A DNA stretch of 64,000 bases from the NCBI GenBank assembly GCA_022791775.1, contig JAAVZT010000033.1, positions 8,356 to 72,355 on the forward strand. The letters are read 5' to 3'. Shown in pieces: positions 1 through 9,790 of the stretch. Position numbers and translations under genes: made by a program. The stretch comes from Bacilli bacterium (GTDB lineage: Bacteria > Bacillota_I > Bacilli_A > RF39 > UBA660). The notes beneath the pieces were generated by a model. It worked only from the letters and a program-made list of their open reading frames with translations, did not search any database and was not told where the DNA came from. Position 1 is the stretch's first letter; each line of letters starts with the position of its first letter.

Positions 1-310
1 CAAGCCCTAACGCATTTGCAGCAATATTAGAAGCAATATATTGTAAAGCTGGATCATGACGATCTAAACTTGGAAATAATTTATGTAAAATCGGACGCAC
101 TAAATGAGCAAATTTTTGTAAAATACCAGCATCTTCTGCTATTTTCATTACCCCAGTCCATAAAACTAAAATAGGTAACATTTCCATCAAAAGTCCAATA
201 CCATCACTGGCACCTTTTAAAATTTGATTATTAAGAGCTTCAACCGAACCCGTTGCAATAGAAAAAATTACTCCAATTAAAATAAAACAACCCCAAATAA
301 TACTTACCAT
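1..310 (-). CDS. spmA: spore maturation protein A (SpmA-like), N-terminal part; gene runs off the left edge
   Basis: Reverse-strand translation from the ATG at 310 gives MVSIIWGCFILIGVIFSIATGSVEALNNQILKGASDGIGLLMEMLPILVLWTGVMKIAEDAGILQKF... with no stop before the window edge. It sits immediately downstream of a dacB-like gene and overlaps it, as in the B. subtilis dacB-spmA-spmB operon. It is absent from the ORF track because it is truncated. Confidence 0.65.
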   Translation of the reverse strand, partial: MVSIIWGCFILIGVIFSIATGSVEALNNQILKGASDGIGLLMEMLPILVLWTGVMKIAEDAGILQKFAHLVRPILHKLFPSLDRHDPALQYIASNIAANALGL

Positions 311-1389
311 CCAAACAACCACCCAAAGAATTTTTGAAAAAAGCCTTCTTTTTTTTCTTCTGATTTTTTTTGTACATAAACCTTAACAGCCATTAATTCT
401 TTATTTTGTAATAAAATATGAGCACTCCCCACCATATCCCCACTTTTATAATTTTCTAATTGATCCATTTCATATGTAACATGAATATCAGAAATCTCCT
501 CTTTACTAGCTAGCAAAACAACATCTTTTTCTAAGTACAACCTATCATTATGATAAAAATCAAATTTTGGAATTTCTACTTGATCTTTTTTTAAAACAGA
601 TACAGCCTCATACTTTTGAAATAATACTTCATATAAATTTTGATGATCTTGAAAATCATTTCCATCGTTTAATGTCACAATGACAATATTTCTCCCTTCT
701 TTAGAAGCGGCAGTTACTAAAGTTCTTCTTGCTTTCTCTGTAAATCCCGTTTTTCCTCCAATCGTGTAGGGATACATCCGTAAAAGTTTATTTTTATTTG
801 TCCAATGATATGTTTTTTGATTACTTTTTGCTTCGTAATCTAATGTTTTTGTAATTTCTCGAAAATGTTCATTTTGCATCGCGTATCGCATTAATAATGC
901 CATATCATAAGCTGTTGAAGTATTTCCACTTCCATCCCCCTCTTCAAGACCATGTGCATTATAAAACGTAGTATGACTCATTCCAAGTTCATATGCCTTT
1001 TGATTCATAAGATACGCAAAACTTTCCATACTCCCTCCAACTGCATTTGCAATCACAATAGCAGCATCGTTCCCACTTCGTAACATCAAACCATATAATA
1101 AATCTTTTAAAGTTAACTCTTCTCCCACTTCAATATAAATTCCACTACCGTAAGATTTTAATACTCGTTCATCTACTTTAATTATAGTATTTAAATCCAA
1201 CTTTTCTATGGCAACAATCGTCGTCATAATTTTAGTAGTACTAGCAATTAACTTTTCCTTATAAGCATTTTGTTCATATAACACTCTTCCCGAATCCATA
1301 TCGATTGCAATCATACTTTCTGCACTATATGCATTTACCTCTAAAAAACCAAACAAAAAAAACACCAAAATTACTAGGATCTGCTTCAT
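304..1389 (-). CDS. dacB: D-alanyl-D-alanine carboxypeptidase (PBP5 family; sporulation-type DacB-like)
   Basis: Signal peptide, SxxK active site (ASTTKIMT), SGN motif (LRSGND) and KTG motif (GGKTGFT). A spmA-like gene lies immediately downstream. Confidence 0.85.
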   Translation of the reverse strand: MKQILVILVFFLFGFLEVNAYSAESMIAIDMDSGRVLYEQNAYKEKLIASTTKIMTTIVAIEKLDLNTIIKVDERVLKSYGSGIYIEVGEELTLKDLLYGLMLRSGNDAAIVIANAVGGSMESFAYLMNQKAYELGMSHTTFYNAHGLEEGDGSGNTSTAYDMALLMRYAMQNEHFREITKTLDYEAKSNQKTYHWTNKNKLLRMYPYTIGGKTGFTEKARRTLVTAASKEGRNIVIVTLNDGNDFQDHQNLYEVLFQKYEAVSVLKKDQVEIPKFDFYHNDRLYLEKDVVLLASKEEISDIHVTYEMDQLENYKSGDMVGSAHILLQNKELMAVKVYVQKKSEEKKEGFFQKFFGWLFGW

Positions 1390-1438
1390 AATCTCACCTA
1401 AAAAAGCATATGAAAAAAAGGACCAATTCAGTCCTAAT

Positions 1439-2077
1439 TTATACTTGATGATATGACAATCGAATCAAATAAACTAAATCTTGCAATTTTTGGGGATTAA
1501 TTTTCGATAAAGAATATTGCATTTGATGATACATATCTTCTAAATTAGTTTCTTCTAAAGAAAACCATTCATAATAAAGATATTGCAATTTCTGTTGATT
1601 TTTTGATTCATATAACGTATTTAACTCGATAATCAATAAATTTTTCATTTGCAAATACTGTCGCAAAGGTCTTTTTTGCATTCTTCTTTCTTGTTTTTCA
1701 TAAAGAATTTCTTCCTCTTTCAGAGTATAAATAAACTCATTGATATTATTTTCATCACGCACAAGCAATTTACTCAATGAAATCACTTTTCCCTGTTCAT
1801 TCAATAAAACTGCGATAGCATTTTTAGAATCACTTAAAATACAAGAAGCAAATAACTCTTCTTTTTCTTCATGAACAACCGTTTTATGAGCAATAGTATC
1901 TAAAATTTCTTCTTTTAAAGTAACATGATACAAAATAAAATCACATATTGTTTCAAAAGAAACTCGAAATAAAGGAATTTTTTTTGCAAGAGTCAAATAA
2001 TCTTCCTTTTCCCACTCATAAAAATTCCAAATATAATCCAAATCAAAATTTAGTAAAACATCGTAATAATAATTCAT
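1439..2077 (-). CDS. hypothetical cytoplasmic protein
   Basis: 212-aa ORF with no recognisable motifs. Divergent from uppP. Confidence 0.4.
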   Translation of the reverse strand: MNYYYDVLLNFDLDYIWNFYEWEKEDYLTLAKKIPLFRVSFETICDFILYHVTLKEEILDTIAHKTVVHEEKEELFASCILSDSKNAIAVLLNEQGKVISLSKLLVRDENNINEFIYTLKEEEILYEKQERRMQKRPLRQYLQMKNLLIIELNTLYESKNQQKLQYLYYEWFSLEETNLEDMYHQMQYSLSKINPQKLQDLVYLIRLSYHQV

Positions 2078-2343
2078 GTATTTTTTTCCCTTTCCATGCC
2101 AAAAACATCATGAGAATACCTAAAATAAATAAATTGCATTCCCCTCTTCTAATAATAAAATGAACGAGATCCAAAAAACTATACCCCATTGTTAACAAAT
2201 TCAAATACAAAATACAAAAAGACAAACCGATACTACAAAAAAGGATGCCAAGCAAAAAAATAAAACATCCAAACATAATACCACCATTAAATTCTATTTC
2301 TTAATTCCAAAATTTATTATATAATGTATTAAGGTGAAACATT

Positions 2344-3156
2344 ATGAATTTATTAGAATATATTATTTTTGGAATTATCCAAGGTTTAACTGAACCATTA
2401 CCTATTTCTTCCAGCGGGCATCTAGTATTATTAAAAAATATATTTAATACCAATTTGTTTAGTGATTTAAATTTTGAAATTGTTGTTAATTTTGGTTCGT
2501 TTTTAGCAATTTTAATCATTTTTTGGAAAGACATTTTAAATCTAATTCAGGCGTTTTTCCAATATGTATTCCAAAAAGAAAAACGAAAAAAATATACAGC
2601 TGATTTTAAATATTGTCTTTTAATTTTAATCGGATCCGTTCCTGTAGGAATCGCGGGAATTCTTTTGAAAGACCAAGTCGAATCTTTACTATCTGGCGTC
2701 AAAGTTTTAGGCATTGCCTTTTTAATTACAAGTATTGCTCTTTTTCTAGTTCGAAATGCCAAAGGAACCAAAAAAGATCATGATATTACATATAAAGATG
2801 CTATTATAATTGGATTACTTCAAATGGTTGCTTTATTTCCAGGAATTAGTCGTAGTGGAACAGTTTTAGTTGGTTGTTTACTTTGTGGCTTAGAAAGAGA
2901 AACTTCTTTAAAATACACTTTCATGCTATATTTTCCTGTATCAATTGCTTCAATGGGTCTAGGAGTATTAGATATCATGGAATCTGGAAACATAAGTCAT
3001 TTAATTCTTCCCTATACTTGTGGGCTTATCGCTTCTGGTGTCATTACCTACTTTTCTTATCAATGGCTTAGCAATTGGGTCAAAAAAGGAAAACTTTGGA
3101 AATTCTCCATTTATTGTTTTTTATTAAGTATATTTATTTTTATTTATTTTCGATAA
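2344..3156 (+). CDS. uppP: undecaprenyl-diphosphatase
   Basis: N-terminal GLTEPLPISSSGHLVLL motif typical of BacA/UppP, and about 8 TM helices. Confidence 0.9.
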   Translation: MNLLEYIIFGIIQGLTEPLPISSSGHLVLLKNIFNTNLFSDLNFEIVVNFGSFLAILIIFWKDILNLIQAFFQYVFQKEKRKKYTADFKYCLLILIGSVPVGIAGILLKDQVESLLSGVKVLGIAFLITSIALFLVRNAKGTKKDHDITYKDAIIIGLLQMVALFPGISRSGTVLVGCLLCGLERETSLKYTFMLYFPVSIASMGLGVLDIMESGNISHLILPYTCGLIASGVITYFSYQWLSNWVKKGKLWKFSIYCFLLSIFIFIYFR

Positions 3157-3164
3157 AAAAGAAT

Positions 3165-4253
3165 CTAATTTGTTATCTTAGATTCTTCTTTGTTTTCTAT
3201 AGTTCCAATTTCAGCATTATTTAGAGAATCAAAACGCTTTGAAATTTTATCGGTTGTAATCCCTAATTCTCTAACATCTTTATGAACCGTTTCAATATGA
3301 TTAGACAATGCACTCCATCTTATGCGATAACGTTCAAATTCCACTCCCAACTTATTTAATTCTTCATGAATCACTTTTGCATACTTATCACGTTCCATAT
3401 TTTTTATAATCATATGAATCGTGGTAAGAGTACTCATTAACGTGGTTGGAGAAGTAATCCATACTTTTTTTTGATAAGCATATCGAAGTAAATCGGAATG
3501 ATAAGCATTAATCTCTGCAAAAATAGCTTCTGCTGGTAAAAACAAAATAGCTTCTGGTGCCGTCTTACCAAGAATAATGTATTTTTCATGAATCGCATCA
3601 ACATGTTTTTTCACATCTATTTTAAATTGCTTAAAAGCAACTTCTCTAACTTCTTTACTAAGTTCGCGATTTGTCATGCGTTCATAATTTTCTAATGGAA
3701 ATTTAGAATCGATGCAAATCATCCCAAGAGGTAGAGGTGCAAACAAAACAGCATCTGCAATCGCCCCATTAGAAAGCTTATGTTGCACTTCATAAATACG
3801 AGTATTATTTTCTCCAAAAACACTACTCAAAATATAATTTAAATTCACTTCACCAAAAATACCTCGCGTTTTTTTGTCCGTTAAAACACTTTGCAAAGAG
3901 ACAATTTCACTGGATAATCCATCTATTTTCTTTTGCGCTTCATCAATTTTAGAAAGACGCTCTAACACATTTTGAAATGTCTTATTACTTTTTTCAAAGT
4001 TTTCATCCAATCTAGCATTTACACGGTCATTAATTTCTAACAATTTTCTTTCCACTTGAAGATTCAATTTTTCAAAATCATCTCGTAAATATTTTGAAAA
4101 GTCTAACTTAAAATCTCCTATTTCTTTCGTCAAATTTGTTTCAAACTTGCCCAAACGTTCTGTTACATCCACACTTTCATGATTATTTCGAAGCACAGAA
4201 ATCAGGAGTAAAACAATAACCACACCCAATAAGCCTACAATAACATATTCCAT
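3165..4253 (-). CDS. rmuC: DNA recombination protein RmuC
   Basis: N-terminal TM, long coiled coil and C-terminal RmuC-type domain. The start is more likely the internal Met (MEYVIVGLL...) preceded by an AGGAGGA RBS than the ORF-track start at 4331. Confidence 0.75.
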   Translation of the reverse strand: MEYVIVGLLGVVIVLLLISVLRNNHESVDVTERLGKFETNLTKEIGDFKLDFSKYLRDDFEKLNLQVERKLLEINDRVNARLDENFEKSNKTFQNVLERLSKIDEAQKKIDGLSSEIVSLQSVLTDKKTRGIFGEVNLNYILSSVFGENNTRIYEVQHKLSNGAIADAVLFAPLPLGMICIDSKFPLENYERMTNRELSKEVREVAFKQFKIDVKKHVDAIHEKYIILGKTAPEAILFLPAEAIFAEINAYHSDLLRYAYQKKVWITSPTTLMSTLTTIHMIIKNMERDKYAKVIHEELNKLGVEFERYRIRWSALSNHIETVHKDVRELGITTDKISKRFDSLNNAEIGTIENKEESKITN

Positions 4254-4314
4254 ATATCCTCCTATTTCAATCATTATACAATAATAAAAAGAAATAACAA
4301 GCGAACAAATCAAA

Positions 4315-4581
4315 TTAAAGAGAATCTTCAAAATAAACTTGAGTCACATTATAACCATAATATTCTAAAATTGCTACCGCACGTTTGCTATGAATTCCTT
4401 TCGTACATAAAATGTAATAAGGTTTCTTTTTGTCTAAATATTCTTGATAATGCAACATAAATTTTTCATAGGTAAAATTAAGACTTCCTTTTCTTTTTCT
4501 AGCTGCATAAGTTTTAGGATCGCTTAAATCAATTAAGGTCCCCATATTTTCATTGTATTCCTGAATAGAAATTCGTTTCAT
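4315..4581 (-). CDS. rhodanese-like domain protein
   Basis: 88 aa with a CTKGIHSKR active-site-like loop (Cx5R-type). Confidence 0.6.
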   Translation of the reverse strand: MKRISIQEYNENMGTLIDLSDPKTYAARKRKGSLNFTYEKFMLHYQEYLDKKKPYYILCTKGIHSKRAVAILEYYGYNVTQVYFEDSL

Positions 4582-4668
4582 AATATCACCAACATATTTT
4601 ATGTTACAAAGAAAAAATCAAAAAGGACAATCGTTGAGAAAGGTATTTCTGCAAAAAAAAAGGACTCA

Positions 4669-6630
4669 TTATGAAGTCACAACAAATGGATTGGAAACAG
4701 TTCCTGTTCCTCCTGTAATTATAGTATTTTGATTTAGGTTTATTACTGCACGCACACCAGCTGCCGTTAACACATTATCTGAATAATGAACATATCCCAA
4801 TCGAGACTCCTTCATCACTCGTGACGTTCCAGAAGTGGTAAGAAACCAACTTGGAGACATTGTCCAATACGTCAAACTAGAATGAGCATAGCTTAATTTG
4901 TTTAAATAACCTTCCGCCATTCCAGCATATTGAAGTTCATCAGACGTAATCAGTCCAATTGGATATGTTAAAGCTCCATTTCCTTTTTCTTCACTTACCG
5001 TAAATCGATCCCCCTCTTGATGACACATCAATGTCGGTTCTTGATCCACTCTCAGTCTTTGATGAGGCATATAATATGTATTTTGAGTTGTACTCATTCC
5101 ATCTCCACTTTGTAATCCTCGATCATTACAAAAAATACTATCCGCTACTTTATCATGATATCCTTTTTCTAAAATATTCTTTTGATACCAATTATCTAAT
5201 ACCGTTTTTATCGTACTATCTTTCTCATTCTTACTTGCATTCTCATATGTATCTAAATTATTTCCATACATATATCCTACATATCCTGGTAAATTACTTT
5301 GACTGTTATATACACTATTTTTCTTATCCAATGATAGTTCAATTCCATTAGCAGTCGGAGTGTTTCCCGCATATAAAAGCCTTACACTTCCATCTCCATT
5401 TAAACGAATAATTCGCCAGTAGAATCCTGCAAATTTCACATAATTATTATTCACACTTCCCCGATAATAATAACTCTCTCCATTATCATCTAAAGTCATA
5501 TATAACCCTTTATCTGATTTATCACTTTCTAATTCCTTTTGATTATATCGATTTCCACTTAGATTATATTGAATCATTTGAAATGTGTTTCCAGATGAAC
5601 CAGTTTGTATAGAATCTTCTTTCGTAGCACTTCCGATTTTATAAATTTCAGTACAATTTTCATAATTTCGATAGGGACTCATTACATCACTAGCACTAAT
5701 GTTAACACCCGCACCACAATAATAATAATCCTTAGTATCATAATCTGTAATCGTCGTAGGATCAATTAAAAATGAGTCCGTTAAAGTATATTTTCCTGTT
5801 TCAGAATCAAAAGTATAACCATTTGATAATCTCAAATAACTTTGTTCAATATTCGTAAATCCTTGATATTGTCCTACTTTATCTGGATGAGGTAAAACCG
5901 GTCTTGTAGTAAGTGTATTCATCTCATGATTCTCTTGCCAATCTATTAATGGGGCTGTTTTACTAAAATCAGGTACTTGTTTATTCTTGATTAGATTTTT
6001 AGCCTGTTCTACACTAGAAGACTGATATTCATTTACAAGCATTGCTTCTGCTAACGTTTGAAACCCTAGATCTACTGGACTATACGTACTTGGGACAACT
6101 GTCACAGATACTTTTGCTTGGAATAACTTGTTCATCGCTTCCATACTTTCTACACTTTCGTCCATCCATACTCTTAAATTAAAGATTTCACTATCTTCTG
6201 GAGATAAAGAGCCCCTTTGTAACACTCTACTTTCCTGAAATCCATTTAAAGGCTCTACTTCTTCATACTCATTTAACTTTTGGACTGGATTTCGATCTAA
6301 TACTGCTGCAATATATTGACTTTCTAATGTACTCGTCGATAACATACTTAAAGTAATATCATAACTAACAAATAAACTACAAGTATTAGTAATTGTAAAA
6401 GTATAAGGTGTCAGTTTTACTCCTTCACTATTTAATAAAGGGTATGCATTTTCTAATTTAATCTCCTTACTATTACTAATAATTTCGACATCAATACATC
6501 CACTCGTAACATTACTAAATCCACTTTGCTCTTTTGTAAAATACCAATAAGCATAACTCACTCCAATCACAAGAAAAAAAGTCAAAACAATTCCCAAAAT
6601 AATCCAACGTTTCTTTGTCATAATAACCAC
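4669..6630 (-). CDS. N-terminally membrane-anchored large surface protein (653 aa), own transcription unit downstream of the T4SS operon
   Basis: Single N-terminal TM (WIILGIVLTFFLVIGVSYAYWYF) and a large hydrophilic ectodomain. It is separated from virD4 by a terminator hairpin. Confidence 0.6.
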   Translation of the reverse strand: MVIMTKKRWIILGIVLTFFLVIGVSYAYWYFTKEQSGFSNVTSGCIDVEIISNSKEIKLENAYPLLNSEGVKLTPYTFTITNTCSLFVSYDITLSMLSTSTLESQYIAAVLDRNPVQKLNEYEEVEPLNGFQESRVLQRGSLSPEDSEIFNLRVWMDESVESMEAMNKLFQAKVSVTVVPSTYSPVDLGFQTLAEAMLVNEYQSSSVEQAKNLIKNKQVPDFSKTAPLIDWQENHEMNTLTTRPVLPHPDKVGQYQGFTNIEQSYLRLSNGYTFDSETGKYTLTDSFLIDPTTITDYDTKDYYYCGAGVNISASDVMSPYRNYENCTEIYKIGSATKEDSIQTGSSGNTFQMIQYNLSGNRYNQKELESDKSDKGLYMTLDDNGESYYYRGSVNNNYVKFAGFYWRIIRLNGDGSVRLLYAGNTPTANGIELSLDKKNSVYNSQSNLPGYVGYMYGNNLDTYENASKNEKDSTIKTVLDNWYQKNILEKGYHDKVADSIFCNDRGLQSGDGMSTTQNTYYMPHQRLRVDQEPTLMCHQEGDRFTVSEEKGNGALTYPIGLITSDELQYAGMAEGYLNKLSYAHSSLTYWTMSPSWFLTTSGTSRVMKESRLGYVHYSDNVLTAAGVRAVINLNQNTIITGGTGTVSNPFVVTS

Positions 6631-6712
6631 CTAACACTAGTATGAACAAATAAAGAGGAAAAATATACTCTCTACTTTACAACATCATATTATCATATTT
6701 TATAAAATTTGA

Positions 6713-6742
6713 CCACAAAAAATATACAACCAAGGTTGTATA
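6713..6742 (-). terminator. rho-independent terminator after the virD4-like gene
   Basis: Perfect 9-bp inverted repeat TATACAACC-AA-GGTTGTATA at 6723..6742, followed on the minus strand by TTTTTTGTGG. It starts 3 bp after the stop of the 6745..8967 gene. Confidence 0.7.
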
Positions 6743-6744
6743 AA

Positions 6745-8967
6745 TTATTCATCTCCAAAAAAATCATCAAAAAACTCATCATCTGTAATTAAATTATCAT
6801 TCATAATAATACTATCAGCATCCACATTTATTTTAGGCTTATCCTCTTGTTTTGGCTCCAATTTTGGTAAAACTGGTTCTTGAGGCTTTAAATGATTTTC
6901 ATCGATTGACACTGGATTCATAAATGCAAAACCATGTTTCTCCTGCATTTCATTAGAAGTTTCTAAAGGCTTCGGTAATTCAGCTAAAAACGGATTTTCT
7001 TGTTTCTTTTGTTTTTCTTTGGCTTCTTCTTCATCTAATTCTTTTAGTTTTTTATCAATATCAGCAATCATTCTATCAATATCAGAATCAGACAAATTAT
7101 TTGGCATAAACGGATTTGATTTTGGCATTTGATTCGGAAACATCGAAGAAGGACCAAAAGGATTTCCAAATAAATTTGGTTCTCCACCATTAGGTGGCAT
7201 AAACGGATTAAATGGACTTTGACTACCTTCTGGCTGATTTTCCATATCTTGCATCATCTTTTTTCGTTTTTCTTCTGAAACATATTTTTTTAAATCAAAT
7301 AAGGAAATTTCCCTCATTTCTCGAATAGGTAATTCAGCCATTTTTCGCTCAATTCCCCAATCCATTTTAAAATCAGGCTCTAATTTAGTCTTAAAAGGAT
7401 TCATTCGCAAACGGATCACAATGACTTCAAATAAACGCATTTTTTGCAAATCTGTAACTGTTACAAGCGGAGTACTTGCAGTTTTATCTTTTTCTCCACT
7501 TTTGACTTCTCCACACATTTTACTGATTTCTTCTAAAGCTGCCATTTCAGTACTAATCAAATAAATCCAGTTTCCACAGTTTCCCTTAATAACTTCAGCA
7601 ACTTCTTTACCATAAACATCATTAAGCTGAGAAAAGTTTTGAATAATAAAAGTAAATCGAATATCGCGACTTCGGGCAGCAGAAACCATCGAATCGACAT
7701 CTTTTAGTGGTGGCATATTAGCAAATTCATCTAAAATAAAATTAGTTCGATATGGAAGCTTTCCTCCATTTTCTTTTGCAACATCAATTAAAGTTTCATA
7801 ACATTGTTTAATAAAAATAGTGAGTAAACTATGATAAGTTGTCTTCTCATCATGAATAATCATAAAAACTGCCGTTTTTTGTTTTCCAATCGACCGCATA
7901 TCAAAATCACTATATGCTAACATTTCCGAAAGTTTTTCACGAGATGAAAACAAACGAATTTTCTGACGAAAAGTTGAAGTAATTCCTCCTTTGGTGTCAG
8001 TTGGAGCATTAATTGTATTAGAAGCAAAAATATAAGGACTAGAAGATTCTCCTTTTAAATTAAAATATTCTTTAATATAAGTACTTGTTGCAAATCGTTC
8101 TTCTCCTATTGTACTCATAAAATTGATCGAATTTAAATTTACTTCCTCTTCTTTTGCATCCAAAAATAACCCAAGCGCTAACCCAGAAAAATAATCGGCT
8201 GCACTTTTTTCCCAAAATGGATCTTTGCTATTTGGATCATTTAGAATATTTAAAGCCACGTCATCCAATAACTCGGTTGCCTTATCCGTATCGCCTGCTT
8301 GATAATAACGATATGGCAAAGATAGTGGATTCCAAGCATTTCCATTTTGAGGATCTCGGAAATTTAATACAATCACATTATAACCTTGCTCTTTTAAATA
8401 AGATGCACAATATTTATAAAGTTCTCCTTTTGGGTCAGTAATAATCATACTTTCCCCTTTTTTCGCCAATAAATTTACCATTGGTTTTACGACAGTTTCA
8501 GTTTTACCAGAACCAGTTGATCCAATAATCAAATTATGATATTCGCCGTTATCTACCCAAATATCTGTTCCATTATTAATAAGAGGAATTCCTGCCGCCA
8601 TTACATTAGAATCAGATGCTTTGACATGAGCAACGCCTTTATCTTCTTTAATTTCCTTTTCTTTCGCCCATCTAGAATAACCCTTTTCTTCTTTTTCTTT
8701 AAAGGTTAAAAAATGCTTACTACTTTTCGTTCGTTCAAAAATATAAGAAGAAACACTAGAAAAAATAATAATTAAAGCACATACAAACATCATCAAGGTC
8801 AAAATAATTTTATCTCCATAAAATGCTTCAATGGGATTTAAACCATAAAAAGAACCATCATTTGCAAAAGAGGAAAAATTGAGCACAGCAATTGCGCACA
8901 AATAAAGTAAAAATACACAAAATGCAATAAATATAGCAAAATCTTTCGGTGCAACTCGAAACTTCAT
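6745..8967 (-). CDS. virD4: type IV secretion coupling protein (VirD4/TraG/TraD family ATPase) with a long Pro/Phe/Asn-rich C-terminal tail
   Basis: Two N-terminal TM helices, Walker A LIIGSTGSGKTETVV, a Walker B-like FILDEFANM, and TraG/VirD4-like architecture. The last roughly 180 aa are low-complexity NPF/FxP repeats plus an acidic C-terminus. Confidence 0.85.
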   Translation of the reverse strand: MKFRVAPKDFAIFIAFCVFLLYLCAIAVLNFSSFANDGSFYGLNPIEAFYGDKIILTLMMFVCALIIIFSSVSSYIFERTKSSKHFLTFKEKEEKGYSRWAKEKEIKEDKGVAHVKASDSNVMAAGIPLINNGTDIWVDNGEYHNLIIGSTGSGKTETVVKPMVNLLAKKGESMIITDPKGELYKYCASYLKEQGYNVIVLNFRDPQNGNAWNPLSLPYRYYQAGDTDKATELLDDVALNILNDPNSKDPFWEKSAADYFSGLALGLFLDAKEEEVNLNSINFMSTIGEERFATSTYIKEYFNLKGESSSPYIFASNTINAPTDTKGGITSTFRQKIRLFSSREKLSEMLAYSDFDMRSIGKQKTAVFMIIHDEKTTYHSLLTIFIKQCYETLIDVAKENGGKLPYRTNFILDEFANMPPLKDVDSMVSAARSRDIRFTFIIQNFSQLNDVYGKEVAEVIKGNCGNWIYLISTEMAALEEISKMCGEVKSGEKDKTASTPLVTVTDLQKMRLFEVIVIRLRMNPFKTKLEPDFKMDWGIERKMAELPIREMREISLFDLKKYVSEEKRKKMMQDMENQPEGSQSPFNPFMPPNGGEPNLFGNPFGPSSMFPNQMPKSNPFMPNNLSDSDIDRMIADIDKKLKELDEEEAKEKQKKQENPFLAELPKPLETSNEMQEKHGFAFMNPVSIDENHLKPQEPVLPKLEPKQEDKPKINVDADSIIMNDNLITDDEFFDDFFGDE

Positions 8968-9070
8968 AAAAATTCCTCCATAATCTTGTTTTATTATACT
9001 ACATCATGTTAGAAAAAAGAATACCCAATTATTAGATATTCTTACTGAAATAGAAAAGAAGAAAAGGATA

Positions 9071-9778
9071 TTATACATCCATATGATTCTTACGTTGGTT
9101 ATAATTATAAACTAAAATTCCCACCACAAAGAAAAGAAATGCTCCTAATATGATAAGGGCGAATCCTGTATGATCTTGATTCACTTCTTTTTCCTCTTGT
9201 TTTGGACCATCAACTTCTCCTTTTAAAGCTAATTGAATAGAAGTAGACTTATAATTATCTCTTGTCACATTCCAAATAAGAATTTGCCCTAAAACTTGAT
9301 CTGCATTATGGTTTAAAATATCGTATTCCGTCAAAACTTGAATGGTAAGATTAGAAATATCGGGATAATCATCCATACAATAAGCTCCAACACTAGATTG
9401 AAAAACAGTAGTATTAGAAGACTCATCATAATCATAATAAATACTTTCAAAACAAGAATGAATTGCAGTCGATTTTCGATATTGACTACTTGGATAATTA
9501 TAAGAAAGAAGCCAACTTTGATAACCATTTTTTTCCAAAACATCTTTTTTCAAATAGGAAACCCCATCTAACATAACTGGCTCTTCACTCGTTACAGGAG
9601 CATCATAATAAGCTGGAATGGGCCACGGATCATCTTGTAACATATCACTTTCATGCTTTGTTTCTGCCTGAATAGAAACTTGCTCTCGATATTGATGGTC
9701 TGCTATAGTAACCGTATAATTTACACTGCAGCCACTCATTAAAAATATACCAAACAATAAAAGAATTATTTTTTTCAT
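9071..9778 (-). CDS. lipoprotein with C-terminal TM anchor (candidate VirB8/TcpC-like scaffold)
   Basis: Lipobox LMSGC after the signal peptide, C-terminal hydrophobic helix, and position between the coupling protein and the hydrolase as in Gram-positive T4SS loci. The VirB8-like assignment is positional only. Confidence 0.45.
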   Translation of the reverse strand: MKKIILLLFGIFLMSGCSVNYTVTIADHQYREQVSIQAETKHESDMLQDDPWPIPAYYDAPVTSEEPVMLDGVSYLKKDVLEKNGYQSWLLSYNYPSSQYRKSTAIHSCFESIYYDYDESSNTTVFQSSVGAYCMDDYPDISNLTIQVLTEYDILNHNADQVLGQILIWNVTRDNYKSTSIQLALKGEVDGPKQEEKEVNQDHTGFALIILGAFLFFVVGILVYNYNQRKNHMDV

Positions 9779-9790
9779 AAAAGTCCCTTT

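Noticed and set aside
1948-2771. Cluster of short overlapping ORFs (1948..2163+, 2043..2276-, 2301..2534-, 2547..2771-, 2874..3071+)
   Set aside because: They lie within or antisense to uppP or in the divergent intergenic region. They have low-complexity, AT-rich codon composition typical of spurious frames, with no RBS or motifs.
5031-5351. 106-aa plus-strand ORF inside the 653-aa surface protein gene
   Set aside because: Antisense to a long well-formed gene. Its Tyr/His/Leu-rich composition comes from AT-rich antisense codons.
8154-8441. 95-aa plus-strand ORF inside virD4
   Set aside because: Antisense overlap with a conserved ATPase gene and no supporting signals.
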